64,000 bases of DNA from Oscillospiraceae bacterium (lineage in GTDB: Bacteria > Bacillota > Clostridia > Oscillospirales > UBA644), in NCBI GenBank assembly GCA_902783255.1, contig CACZQB010000054.1, positions 36,984-100,983 on the forward strand, in the 5' to 3' direction. The translations under genes were made by a program, and so were the position numbers. This document shows positions 46,860-56,207 of this stretch, one piece after another (position 1 is the stretch's first letter; every line of letters begins with the position of its first letter). Below the pieces are notes generated by a model. It was not told the DNA's origin, did no database searches, and saw only the letters and a list, made by a program, of their open reading frames with translations.

Positions 46860-48096
46860 TTTTTGTGTAATTCATAATTTTATTATCTGAGAGACCCTTT
46901 CCGCCAATAACGATCTCGTCCTGAGCTTTAAGTGCATACTCTCCGGTGCTGATTTTTGGTTTCACTAATGAATACTCATCAGTAACAAAAAGAATTTCTA
47001 CAGGTTTGAAAAGAATTCGCTGCGCAGACAAGACAAAAACACCTGTAACATTGTCAAGAACCCTTAAAGCATCATTACTGACTTTTAACCCAGTGTATGT
47101 TTTCAGGATCATACGTGGACTTTGTTTTCTAATTCCGAATAATTCTGATGTCAGTGTTCCGCAACGGAATCTGACAGAATTCATATCATTAACAGGTCTT
47201 GAAATATAGGCAACAAATGTCGAAACTCTTGTCGAGCCAACATCATCTAATTCAAACTCGAGTATAACAGATTTTCCGACATACAAGTCCGAAGCGATAT
47301 CAGATGGAACCTCTGCAACGAATGACCAATATGAATAATGCTGTAATTTACCGACGGCAAGTTGAGAAACTTCATGCTTCGGCATATGCATAAGTGTATT
47401 ATACATTGCAACGGTTGGTTCTTGATAATCTGACATGTTCAGGTATTCATAACCGTCAACATTTGAATAAAAATATCCCGCAGAGGGGCTGTATAAGGAT
47501 TTTAAAGCAGCTCCTGTTTCCGAATGAATTTGTTCTATTTCTTCATTAATGGAATCAATAACTCTTTTTATATACGATGAACCTTCGTTTTGCAATAGTT
47601 TTTGATCGAAAGACGATTGGATATCATTAAAATCGGCGATTTTTCTGATGTAATCATTAGAATTGTCTGCATTCAGAAATGAAATAATCGAGTTCTTAAT
47701 GTTTTGCTCTATTAACATTGAAGTATATTGAGTGCTTTTTCCTAATGTTTCTGACAGTCTATCGCGTTTTTTATCCAAGTAAGATAAAATTTGCATCTGA
47801 TTTTCAGAAATGTTATCTGAATTATATGATGCATATTGTGAATATCTCGCTATTCTTGCTCCATCAGGATAATTGTACTGAATAAATCTGTAATCTTCGT
47901 CTGAGTACAAAACAACTTCATCTCTAAGTGCGATACCTGAAATGTCTATATAATCGTCAACTGATGTCTCCTCTGCTATTTCAGAATAAACTTGTTGCGA
48001 AAACAGTGATGATGAAAAAAAACTAAAGAAAAAATATAGAGATAATATTAAAGAAAAAATATAAAACAGAACATTAAAAAGCGTTTTGAATTTCAT
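46852..48096 (-). CDS. Membrane-anchored protein of unknown function (possibly a HlyD/membrane-fusion-like fold)
   Basis: Single N-terminal TM helix, a central region with coiled-coil character, and a beta-rich C-terminus. It overlaps the yggS start by 8 nt. Fold assignment is tentative. Confidence 0.45.
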   Translation of the reverse strand: MKFKTLFNVLFYIFSLILSLYFFFSFFSSSLFSQQVYSEIAEETSVDDYIDISGIALRDEVVLYSDEDYRFIQYNYPDGARIARYSQYASYNSDNISENQMQILSYLDKKRDRLSETLGKSTQYTSMLIEQNIKNSIISFLNADNSNDYIRKIADFNDIQSSFDQKLLQNEGSSYIKRVIDSINEEIEQIHSETGAALKSLYSPSAGYFYSNVDGYEYLNMSDYQEPTVAMYNTLMHMPKHEVSQLAVGKLQHYSYWSFVAEVPSDIASDLYVGKSVILEFELDDVGSTRVSTFVAYISRPVNDMNSVRFRCGTLTSELFGIRKQSPRMILKTYTGLKVSNDALRVLDNVTGVFVLSAQRILFKPVEILFVTDEYSLVKPKISTGEYALKAQDEIVIGGKGLSDNKIMNYTKND

Positions 48097-48100
48097 AAAT

Positions 48101-48385
48101 CTAAGAAAAAATATTTATAGGTCTGGTGGGTTGAATAGTAGATATCGCATGCTTATAGACCATGTTGATCTTTCCGTCGGACTCGAATAAAATTGCATAC
48201 GAATCAAACCCACGAACAATCCCCTTTAACTGGAATCCATTTACGAGGTATATGGTTAAGATAACCTTTTCTTTTCTTGCGTAATTCAGAAAAAAATCTT
48301 GTAAATTCACATTTTTAGATTTATTGTTATCCTGCGAGATGTTTTCTTCCGGCACGGAAATATTATTATTTTGCTGATTTTCCAT
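48101..48385 (-). CDS. hfq: RNA chaperone Hfq (with an N/Q-rich N-terminal extension)
   Basis: Sm1/Sm2 core [57 protein letters not shown]. Confidence 0.92.
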   Translation of the reverse strand: MENQQNNNISVPEENISQDNNKSKNVNLQDFFLNYARKEKVILTIYLVNGFQLKGIVRGFDSYAILFESDGKINMVYKHAISTIQPTRPINIFS

Positions 48386-48407
48386 GATTCACACCTCCGT
48401 AATAATT

Positions 48408-49352
48408 TCAATATCTATTATAGCACACTTTTAAAAAATTTTCCATATGTTTTGAGCAAGAATTCAGAATTTCTTCGAAATTATTTGTATCAATATTGTG
48501 CCAAATTATAGATTTGTCTTTTTTAAACCATGTAATTTGCCGTTTGGCATATCGTCTGCTCTCCTGTTTGATCTGTTCGACTGCATCATGTAATGTGATA
48601 CTTCCGCTTAAATACTCGAATAACTGCTTATATCCAATTGCCTGATATGCAGTGGCGGAAATATTGCATGAAGATAAAGAAATAACTTCACTCAAAAATC
48701 CTTGTGCCATCATCATATCAACTCTTTGATTTATTCGAGTATAAAGCAAATCTCGATTTAAAGCATTTAATCCGAATTTTATGAAATCATATTCGGGGTT
48801 TTGTTTGGATATTTTGTTGAATTCATCAACTGTTTTTCCTTCAGCACGGTATATTTCCAATGCCCTTGAAATTCTTTTAATGTCATTTTCGTTTAGTTTA
48901 AAGTATGATTGTGCGTCAACAGAACGTAAAAGCTGTTTTAATTCATATGGACTGTTTTTCACTGCAAAATCATTAAGGAATGATCTGTATTCATTATCAG
49001 CTTTTGATGGCGATAATTTAATATTTTCTGTAAATGATGAAATGTATAACCCTGTTCCCCCGACAATTATTGGAAGTTTATTGCGACTGACTATATCTTT
49101 AACTGCTTTATTAGCTAAATCAAGATAATCAGCTAGTGAAAATTCTTCTGAAGGATCTAGTATATCAATCAAATGATGCCTGATTCCCTTTTTTTCTTGA
49201 TCGTTGATCTTGGCTGTTCCGATATTCATATTCTTGTATACTTGCATGGAATCCGCAGAAACAATCTCTCCGTTAAATCTTAAAGCTAGCTCTACTCCGA
49301 GCGCTGATTTCCCGCTGGCTGTCGGGCCAAGGACAACAACAACTTTATTCAA
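48408..49352 (-). CDS. miaA: tRNA dimethylallyltransferase
   Basis: P-loop GPTASGKS, SADSMQVY and GGTGLY motifs. Confidence 0.92.
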   Translation of the reverse strand: MNKVVVVLGPTASGKSALGVELALRFNGEIVSADSMQVYKNMNIGTAKINDQEKKGIRHHLIDILDPSEEFSLADYLDLANKAVKDIVSRNKLPIIVGGTGLYISSFTENIKLSPSKADNEYRSFLNDFAVKNSPYELKQLLRSVDAQSYFKLNENDIKRISRALEIYRAEGKTVDEFNKISKQNPEYDFIKFGLNALNRDLLYTRINQRVDMMMAQGFLSEVISLSSCNISATAYQAIGYKQLFEYLSGSITLHDAVEQIKQESRRYAKRQITWFKKDKSIIWHNIDTNNFEEILNSCSKHMENFLKVCYNRY

Positions 49353-49357
49353 CTACT

Positions 49358-51355
49358 CTACCCCACTATTCTCTTGAATTGTTTTTCAATGGCATTTTTG
49401 GTTAAAATAAAAACAATAGGTCTGCCATGCGGGCAATACTTTAGTGAATTCCGATTATTCAAATATTCGTCGATTAATCCTTTTAATTCAAAATCTGAAC
49501 TTCTTTTTCCGCTTTTAATAGCCGCTTTACAGGAGATCGTGTAGAGGAATTTGTCAAGCAGTTCCTGACCTGCATAAGTTTTAAGTTTTATATCAGAAGC
49601 AATTTCTGTAAGAATTACTTCAACATCTTCTTCTTCGATTACTGTAGGAATTTCTCTAATAATGAGAGTTCCATCCAGATCATCAATATCAAAACCGATT
49701 TTTTTTAGAAGCTCCTTATTATCTAAAAGGGTTATTCTGTCAGAATCAGATATATAAATAAGTTTAGGCATTAAAAGAGTCTGAACTTCAATAAAATTTG
49801 ATGTGCGAAGTTTTTCAAAAATCATTCTTTCGTGCAGAGCATGTTTATCGAGAAACATTATTTCCTCTGATAATTCTATAATTATATAAGTGTTAAAAAC
49901 CTCTCCTATAAGTTTGTATTGCACCAATTCATTAATTGGCAAAGATAAATCGATTTTATCATTTTTTTGTGTTTTAAAAATACTATCTATAGTATTTTGT
50001 TGTTTTTGGGAATCATTGTTGATAAATTGAGATATTTTTGCTGGATCAATATCAATATTATTCTTTTCAACATATTCCTTAATTCTTGATATTGCTTCAA
50101 GAGGATCACTACGCATCTCAAGTTTAAGATTATTATTAATATCCGACTTGCTAGAACTATTGCACGATGAATTATCCTGAATAGCATTACTATAATTAAA
50201 AGATTTTTTGGAAGAATCCTTGAATGTAGTTATCTCCCAATTATTTACATGTCTAACCTCGTCAACTTCTTTGGAGGTAGATATTTGTCCATGCAATTCT
50301 TCCGGCAAACGACTGAATGATGTATCCTTATTATTTATTTGTGCAAATTTGATTGGATATATGCCAGATTCTAATGATAGCGCTTCCCTAACAGCAGCTG
50401 AGATTACTTGTGCAACAATCTTTTCATTTGAAAACTTTATCTCAAGCTTTGATGGATGAACGTTAACATCAATTTCAGAAGAATTAATATTTATCATCAG
50501 GGCGCAAACAGGATATCTTCCTACTAGCATGCTGTTCCGGTATGCAGATTCGAAGCCTTGTTGTAATGTTTTTGATTTTACAAGTCTTCCATTAACAAAA
50601 AACATTTGTAAATTTCTGTTTGGTCTTGTGGCGAGCGGTCTTCCGATTAATCCGGATACTGAAATTCCTGAATCATTAAGATCTACCGATATCATATCTG
50701 AAGCAAGATCTTGTCCAAAAACAGAATAAACAGCATTTTCAAGTTGACTATTCCCTGATGTGTAAAATCTTTGTGTTCTATTAATAATGTAGGAAAAAGC
50801 AATATTTGTATGCGATATAGCAAGTTTTTCAATAAGCGCTGTTATTGCCGCTCGTTCCGATTGTTCAGATTTAATAAATTTCAATCGTGCAGGAGTATTG
50901 TAAAACAAATCTCTGATGATTATTGATGTTCCATCAGAGGCAGCTGCTTCCCCTTCACTTAATATGGTTCCACCCTCTATTTCGACATAATAACCAGCAA
51001 CAGATTCATGTTCCTTTGTTTTCATTGATATTTTGGAGACGGATGAAATAGCCGCAAGAGCTTCTCCGCGAAATCCAAGAGTATGGATTGCGTATAGATC
51101 ATCTTTTGAAGATATTTTACTTGTGGCATGTTTTAAAAAAGCTAATTTTGCATCTTCTGGTGACATTCCACAACCATCATCGGTCACTCGTATGTATTCA
51201 GTTCCGTTGCCTACAATTTCAACTGTTATTTTGTTGGCACCGGCATCAATAGAATTTTCAACTAATTCTTTAACAACTGAAGCAGGTCTTTCTACTACTT
51301 CACCTGCTGCAATCAGATCAGAAATTTCGTTTCCAAGTATATTTATTTTATTCAT
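49358..51355 (-). CDS. mutL: DNA mismatch repair protein MutL
   Basis: GHKL ATPase motifs (VKELVENSIDAG, DDGCGM, GFRGEAL), a low-complexity linker, and a C-terminal dimerisation/endonuclease domain. Confidence 0.95.
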   Translation of the reverse strand: MNKINILGNEISDLIAAGEVVERPASVVKELVENSIDAGANKITVEIVGNGTEYIRVTDDGCGMSPEDAKLAFLKHATSKISSKDDLYAIHTLGFRGEALAAISSVSKISMKTKEHESVAGYYVEIEGGTILSEGEAAASDGTSIIIRDLFYNTPARLKFIKSEQSERAAITALIEKLAISHTNIAFSYIINRTQRFYTSGNSQLENAVYSVFGQDLASDMISVDLNDSGISVSGLIGRPLATRPNRNLQMFFVNGRLVKSKTLQQGFESAYRNSMLVGRYPVCALMININSSEIDVNVHPSKLEIKFSNEKIVAQVISAAVREALSLESGIYPIKFAQINNKDTSFSRLPEELHGQISTSKEVDEVRHVNNWEITTFKDSSKKSFNYSNAIQDNSSCNSSSKSDINNNLKLEMRSDPLEAISRIKEYVEKNNIDIDPAKISQFINNDSQKQQNTIDSIFKTQKNDKIDLSLPINELVQYKLIGEVFNTYIIIELSEEIMFLDKHALHERMIFEKLRTSNFIEVQTLLMPKLIYISDSDRITLLDNKELLKKIGFDIDDLDGTLIIREIPTVIEEEDVEVILTEIASDIKLKTYAGQELLDKFLYTISCKAAIKSGKRSSDFELKGLIDEYLNNRNSLKYCPHGRPIVFILTKNAIEKQFKRIVG

Positions 51356-53949
51356 TCTGTTTCCTTTGCTTTATTCGATAGATCATAAAGGATGTTCATT
51401 GCTTCAACAGGCGTTATTACGGTTGCATCGGTTTTAATTAATGTATCTATTATTTCATCTCTGATAGAATTCGAAAATGATAATTGCTGATTATTATTAT
51501 TCGAATAATCGGATTTAATATTTAGTTTGCCGCTTTCAAGTTCAGTAAGTATTTCTTCGGCTCTCTTAATAATGTCATCTGGAACACCGGCAAGACGTGC
51601 AACATCAATTCCATAGCTGTCGTCTGTTCCGCCTTTTATTATTTTTCTAAGGAAAATAATATCTTTTCCTCTCTTTTTTGCCGCAATACTGTAATTTTTG
51701 ATACCTTCGTAGATGCCTTCAAGAGCTGTTAGCTCATGATAATGAGTGGCAAAAAGTGATCTAGCCTTTATTTTTTCAGCAACATTTTCAAGAACAGCTT
51801 GAGCAATGCTCATACCATCGAATGTGCTTGTTCCTCTGCCGATTTCATCAAAAATAAGTAAACTCCGTTTAGTAGCATTTTTTACAATATATGCTACCTC
51901 ATTCATTTCCATCATAAATGTAGACTGCCCAGAAACCAAATCGTCTGTTGCACCCACACGTGTGAATATTTTATCAACAACACCGATTTGTGCAGAATAT
52001 GCAGGAACGAAACATCCTATTTGAGCCATTAACACAATCAAAGCAACCTGACGCATATAAGTAGATTTACCTGCCATATTTGGACCTGTGATAACTGCCA
52101 TTCGATCCGTTGATGTGTTAAGGAATGTATCGTTAGGTATAAACAACTCTGATTTCATCAATGATTCTACAACCGGATGGCGACCGTTCTTAATGGAAAT
52201 TGTATCAGACAAATCAATATCAGGCTGAACATAACTATTCTTGACTGAAACAATTGCAAAAGAAATAAGCATGTCAATATATCCGATTGCAGATGCCGTA
52301 TCTTTTATAGGTATTATATAATTTCCGACAAAATCAACTATCTGTTGATATAATTCGTTTTCGAGCGCAATAAGTTTATCGCTTGCTGAAAGAAGATCTT
52401 CTTCAATTTTTTTAAGTTCAGGGGTTATAAAACGTTCTGCGTTAACAAGAGTTTGTTTTCTGATATAATCCTCGGGAACCTGAGAAAGAAATGAATTTGT
52501 AACTTCTATATAATAACCAAATACTTTATTGAAGCCTATTCGTAAGTTTTTAATTCCTGTTCTTTCTTTTTCTTTCTGCTCAACTTCGGCAAGCACACTT
52601 TTTGCATTTGTCTGCAGAGATCGAAGTCTGTCTGCTTCTTCATTGTATCCCTTTTTTATAAATCCACCTTCACGAATTATCACAGGTGGGTCATCAATAA
52701 TAGAATTTGAAATCAGTTCTACTATCTGAGGCAAGGGGTTTAATCTGTTATAAATATCCTGTAATACGATTGATTTCAGTGGTGCAATTGTTTGTTTTAA
52801 TGCAGAAACAATGGATAAGGATGAAGACAGAGCAATTAAATCTCTTGGAGTAATCGTTCCATAGACTATTTTAGAGGTAAGTCTTTCAATATCTCTAATG
52901 TTTTTCAGTAATGAGCATAGTTTATCTCTTGTTTTTGTATCATTAAAAAGAATGTTTACAGCATTCTGTCTGTTCACTATTGCAGCAGCATTAGCGAGAG
53001 GTCTTTCAAGGCTTTTACGAAGATATCTTGCTCCCATAGCTGTAGATGTCTGATCTAAAACACCCAAAAGAGAGCCTCGCTTTTCTTTAGTACGCATATT
53101 CTCTGTGATTTCAAGATTTCTCCATGTTGAAGAATCTATTTCAAGACATTCTTTTTTTGAATTAAAAGAAATCTTATTCAAATGACGAAGGTCACAAAGC
53201 TGTGTTTCATACAAATAGCCAAGTAAAAAACCAAAATTAGAAGTTGCAAGAGAATTATCAAAAGGAAACAAGGATGCATTGTTACCAAGGTGAGATCGAA
53301 CTCTATTTGAAAAAGATTCTAAGTCGCTTATAAGTTCGTCGTCCTCTTCTACTGAAACATGGCAATCCGGCATATTTTTTATAAATGAAGCGATGAATTC
53401 ATTTTTCAGAAGCGATTTCGGTAAGTATATTTCATTAGGAGCAAAACGAGATAAATCACTGTAAATGCTTGAATCGCAAACAGGATAATTGTCTGAAAAA
53501 ATTACATCCCCTGTTGATAAATCTGCAAAGCATAATGAAATCTTTCTGTCTATTTCATAAGCGGAGACGATATATCTGTTTTTTGTTGAATCAAGCATAT
53601 CAGGATCTGTAACGGTCCCGGGTGTAATTGTTCTTGTCACTTCACGTCCGGAAACTTCATTTGTGTCAGGATCTTTTCTTTGTTCACAGATAGATACTTT
53701 GTATCCTTTTGAGATAAGTCTTGCAATATATCCATCTACACTGTGATATGGTACCCCGCACATAGGCGCACGTTGTTCCAGACCACAATCACGTCCTGTA
53801 AGAGTAATATCGAGCTCCTTGGATGCAATGATAGCATCATCAAAAAACATTTCATAAAAATCGCCTAGTCTGTAAAGAAGTATTGAATCTTTATATTTAT
53901 CCTTAACTGACAGATATTGTTTCATCATCGGCGATAATGTACCAGACAT
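51352..53949 (-). CDS. mutS: DNA mismatch repair protein MutS
   Basis: N-terminal mismatch-binding motif (TPMMKQY...GDFYE), Walker A GPNMAGKST, and Walker B/signature LIFDEIGRGTSTFDG. 4-nt overlap with mutL. Confidence 0.96.
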   Translation of the reverse strand: MSGTLSPMMKQYLSVKDKYKDSILLYRLGDFYEMFFDDAIIASKELDITLTGRDCGLEQRAPMCGVPYHSVDGYIARLISKGYKVSICEQRKDPDTNEVSGREVTRTITPGTVTDPDMLDSTKNRYIVSAYEIDRKISLCFADLSTGDVIFSDNYPVCDSSIYSDLSRFAPNEIYLPKSLLKNEFIASFIKNMPDCHVSVEEDDELISDLESFSNRVRSHLGNNASLFPFDNSLATSNFGFLLGYLYETQLCDLRHLNKISFNSKKECLEIDSSTWRNLEITENMRTKEKRGSLLGVLDQTSTAMGARYLRKSLERPLANAAAIVNRQNAVNILFNDTKTRDKLCSLLKNIRDIERLTSKIVYGTITPRDLIALSSSLSIVSALKQTIAPLKSIVLQDIYNRLNPLPQIVELISNSIIDDPPVIIREGGFIKKGYNEEADRLRSLQTNAKSVLAEVEQKEKERTGIKNLRIGFNKVFGYYIEVTNSFLSQVPEDYIRKQTLVNAERFITPELKKIEEDLLSASDKLIALENELYQQIVDFVGNYIIPIKDTASAIGYIDMLISFAIVSVKNSYVQPDIDLSDTISIKNGRHPVVESLMKSELFIPNDTFLNTSTDRMAVITGPNMAGKSTYMRQVALIVLMAQIGCFVPAYSAQIGVVDKIFTRVGATDDLVSGQSTFMMEMNEVAYIVKNATKRSLLIFDEIGRGTSTFDGMSIAQAVLENVAEKIKARSLFATHYHELTALEGIYEGIKNYSIAAKKRGKDIIFLRKIIKGGTDDSYGIDVARLAGVPDDIIKRAEEILTELESGKLNIKSDYSNNNNQQLSFSNSIRDEIIDTLIKTDATVITPVEAMNILYDLSNKAKETE

Positions 53950-53984
53950 GTTTCAAGTTCCTTTCAAGAAATACACATATATAC

Positions 53985-54377
53985 TTAGTGACAACTGCCT
54001 CCGCATGAAGCACAGTTAGACTTGTCGCAGGATCCTGTTTCACCAGTGATTTGAAAACTAATAATGGAATAAACATTGTTAACCATATTTTCAAAAGATT
54101 CTTTTGCATGATTGAATTCAGTCATCAATGGGTTGCCCATAGCTGTTTTATAAGCTTCACGCATTTCATTTTGCAACCTTTCGAATTTAGCTTCATCTTT
54201 ATCTTCTTTTTCCATTTCGTTCATCACAGCCATTTTACGCAGATTGAATTCTCCGATCTGCATCTGAAGTTCTGAGTCTGATTCATATCTGGTTCTAACA
54301 TCTTCATATGTTTTATATTCTTCACTGTCTTTAAGCATTTGTCCAATTTTTTTTGCAAGTTCAACTATTTCGTTCAT
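53985..54377 (-). CDS. YmcA/YlbF-family protein with a Cys-rich C-terminal tail
   Basis: Helical protein of about 115 aa in the conserved miaB-ymcA-mutS slot (B. subtilis order ymcB-ymcA-cotE-mutS), plus the tail GSCDKSNCASCGGSCH. Confidence 0.7.
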   Translation of the reverse strand: MNEIVELAKKIGQMLKDSEEYKTYEDVRTRYESDSELQMQIGEFNLRKMAVMNEMEKEDKDEAKFERLQNEMREAYKTAMGNPLMTEFNHAKESFENMVNNVYSIISFQITGETGSCDKSNCASCGGSCH

Positions 54378-54407
54378 TTTTTTTACTCCTTAATCAGTAA
54401 TTAATTG

Positions 54408-55829
54408 TTATATATTGTCCTGTTTTACAGCTTGTCCGAAAAGAGCCCAGTTAAGAGCACTTTCAATTTTAACATTTATAAATTCTCCGGGCTTTGCTTC
54501 GCACATTGGGAAGTTAACAATAATATTTCCATCTGTTCTGCCTGTTTGCATATTTTTATCGTTATTTGAAAATCCTTCGACAAGAATCCTGAGTGTCTTG
54601 CCTATGTATTTGCTGTTAAACGTTTTAGCTTTTATATTTTGTAGCGAACAAAGCTGTTCAAATCTTTCATGTTTTATAGTCTCGTCTATCTGTTCCATTG
54701 ATGCGGCAGGAGTTCCTTGCCTTATCGAGTAAATAAAAGTATACAGTCCTTGAAAATCCACTTCATTTATAAGCGAAAGTGTTTGCTCGAAGTCTTCTTT
54801 TGTTTCTGTAGGAAAACCTACTATAACATCACTTGTTAAAACGAGATCAGGAATGGAATTCTTTGCATATTCAACAAGTTGCAGATATTTTTCTCTTGTA
54901 TATTTTCTGTTCATCAGTTCAAGGATTCTATTGCTTCCAGACTGAAACGGCAGATGTAAATGATTGCATATTTTACTGCAGCTTGCGATTGTATCGATCA
55001 ATTCCGGTGTAGCATCTTTAGGATGAGAGGTCATAAAACGAATGCGAAAATCACCGTCAATGTCGTTCAATCTTCTAAGAAGCTTTGCAAAATTCCAATT
55101 ATTATTGGTATCATTTGAAAAAGAGTTTACGTTTTGTCCGAGTAAAGTTATATCTTTATATCCGTCTGCAACAAGGTTGGAAACCTCATCTATAATCATT
55201 TCCGGATCTCTGGAACGTTCTCTTCCCCTGACATATGGCACAATACAGTATGAACAGAAATTATTGCATCCGTACATTATCGAAACCCATGCTTTATACC
55301 TACTCGCACGTTTTACAGGAATGTCTTCAGTAATTGCGCCATTTTCATTAATAACATCGAAAACTCTTTGTTTTGATGAAAGAGCTTTATAAAGATTTTC
55401 AGGGAATCGACCGATTGCCTGAGGTCCAAAAACAATGTCTATATGCCTGTATTTTTTCTTAAGTTCTTCAGAAATATCAGACCTTTGCATCATACAACCG
55501 CAAAAAGCAATAATTACATCAGGTTTTTCACGTTTAATTTGTGTCAATGCGCCTATTGTACCGAAAACACGATTTTCAGCATGTTCACGAACAGCACAAG
55601 TATTGTAGAGAATAAAATCCGCATCATCACGTAAATCAGTTTGAATATATCCCATATCAGAAAGCATACCATTTATTTTTTCTGTATCGCTTTCATTTTG
55701 CTGACATCCAAAGGTATGAGTATAGTATTTAGGTTTAACACCATGCATTAAAAAAAATGAATATGATATTTTACGGACTTTATCTATGTATTCATTCTGC
55801 ATAGTGTAATGAAGCAATTCGTTTTTCAT
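54408..55829 (-). CDS. miaB: tRNA-2-methylthio-N6-dimethylallyladenosine synthase
   Basis: UPF0004 N-domain Cys (TFGCQQNESD, NTCAVRE), radical SAM CNNFCSYC, and a C-terminal TRAM domain. Confidence 0.92.
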   Translation of the reverse strand: MKNELLHYTMQNEYIDKVRKISYSFFLMHGVKPKYYTHTFGCQQNESDTEKINGMLSDMGYIQTDLRDDADFILYNTCAVREHAENRVFGTIGALTQIKREKPDVIIAFCGCMMQRSDISEELKKKYRHIDIVFGPQAIGRFPENLYKALSSKQRVFDVINENGAITEDIPVKRASRYKAWVSIMYGCNNFCSYCIVPYVRGRERSRDPEMIIDEVSNLVADGYKDITLLGQNVNSFSNDTNNNWNFAKLLRRLNDIDGDFRIRFMTSHPKDATPELIDTIASCSKICNHLHLPFQSGSNRILELMNRKYTREKYLQLVEYAKNSIPDLVLTSDVIVGFPTETKEDFEQTLSLINEVDFQGLYTFIYSIRQGTPAASMEQIDETIKHERFEQLCSLQNIKAKTFNSKYIGKTLRILVEGFSNNDKNMQTGRTDGNIIVNFPMCEAKPGEFINVKIESALNWALFGQAVKQDNI

Positions 55830-55859
55830 TTCTTTTCCTCATATAATAATTCATTCTAT

Positions 55860-55888
55860 ATTATAATACATTTTTTATGATTTGTAAA
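55860..55888 (-). promoter_or_regulatory. Sigma-A-type promoter for miaB
   Basis: On the minus strand: TTTACA (55888-55883), 17-nt spacer, TATAAT (55865-55860). GAGG RBS 7 nt before the ATG. Confidence 0.45.
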
Positions 55889-55938
55889 TGCTTTCATAAA
55901 AAAATAACAGAAAAATTAATATTTTTTTTTATTTGACC

Positions 55939-55967
55939 TTTACAAAAAGAAGACTTCATGCTATAAT
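55939..55967 (+). promoter_or_regulatory. Sigma-A-type promoter for the small Cys-rich ORF and pgi
   Basis: TTTACA (55939-55944), 17-nt spacer ending TGc, TATAAT (55962-55967). A T9 run lies upstream. Confidence 0.45.
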
Positions 55968-55994
55968 AAAAATGTACAAAAAGGAGGGACTGCA

Positions 55995-56201
55995 ATGTTT
56001 AGAAAAAAACATAATGTTGATTGTGACTATTGCAAATACGGATATGTGTTATCAAACGGAAATGATTGTGTTTGTGATAAATTGGGCATAATTCAAAGAA
56101 AAAATAAGTGTTCTAAATTCACATATGAACCGTTAAAACGAATCCCATCCCCTCCTGCAGAACCCACAAAGTATTCAGAAAAAGATTTTTTGATTGAATG
56201 A
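55995..56201 (+). CDS. Small Cys-rich hypothetical protein (68 aa)
   Basis: Strong RBS AAAGGAGGG 6-7 nt upstream. Cys pattern CxxC-x11-CxC-x11-C suggests a small metal-binding knuckle. Confidence 0.55.
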   Translation: MFRKKHNVDCDYCKYGYVLSNGNDCVCDKLGIIQRKNKCSKFTYEPLKRIPSPPAEPTKYSEKDFLIE

Positions 56202-56207
56202 AAGGAA

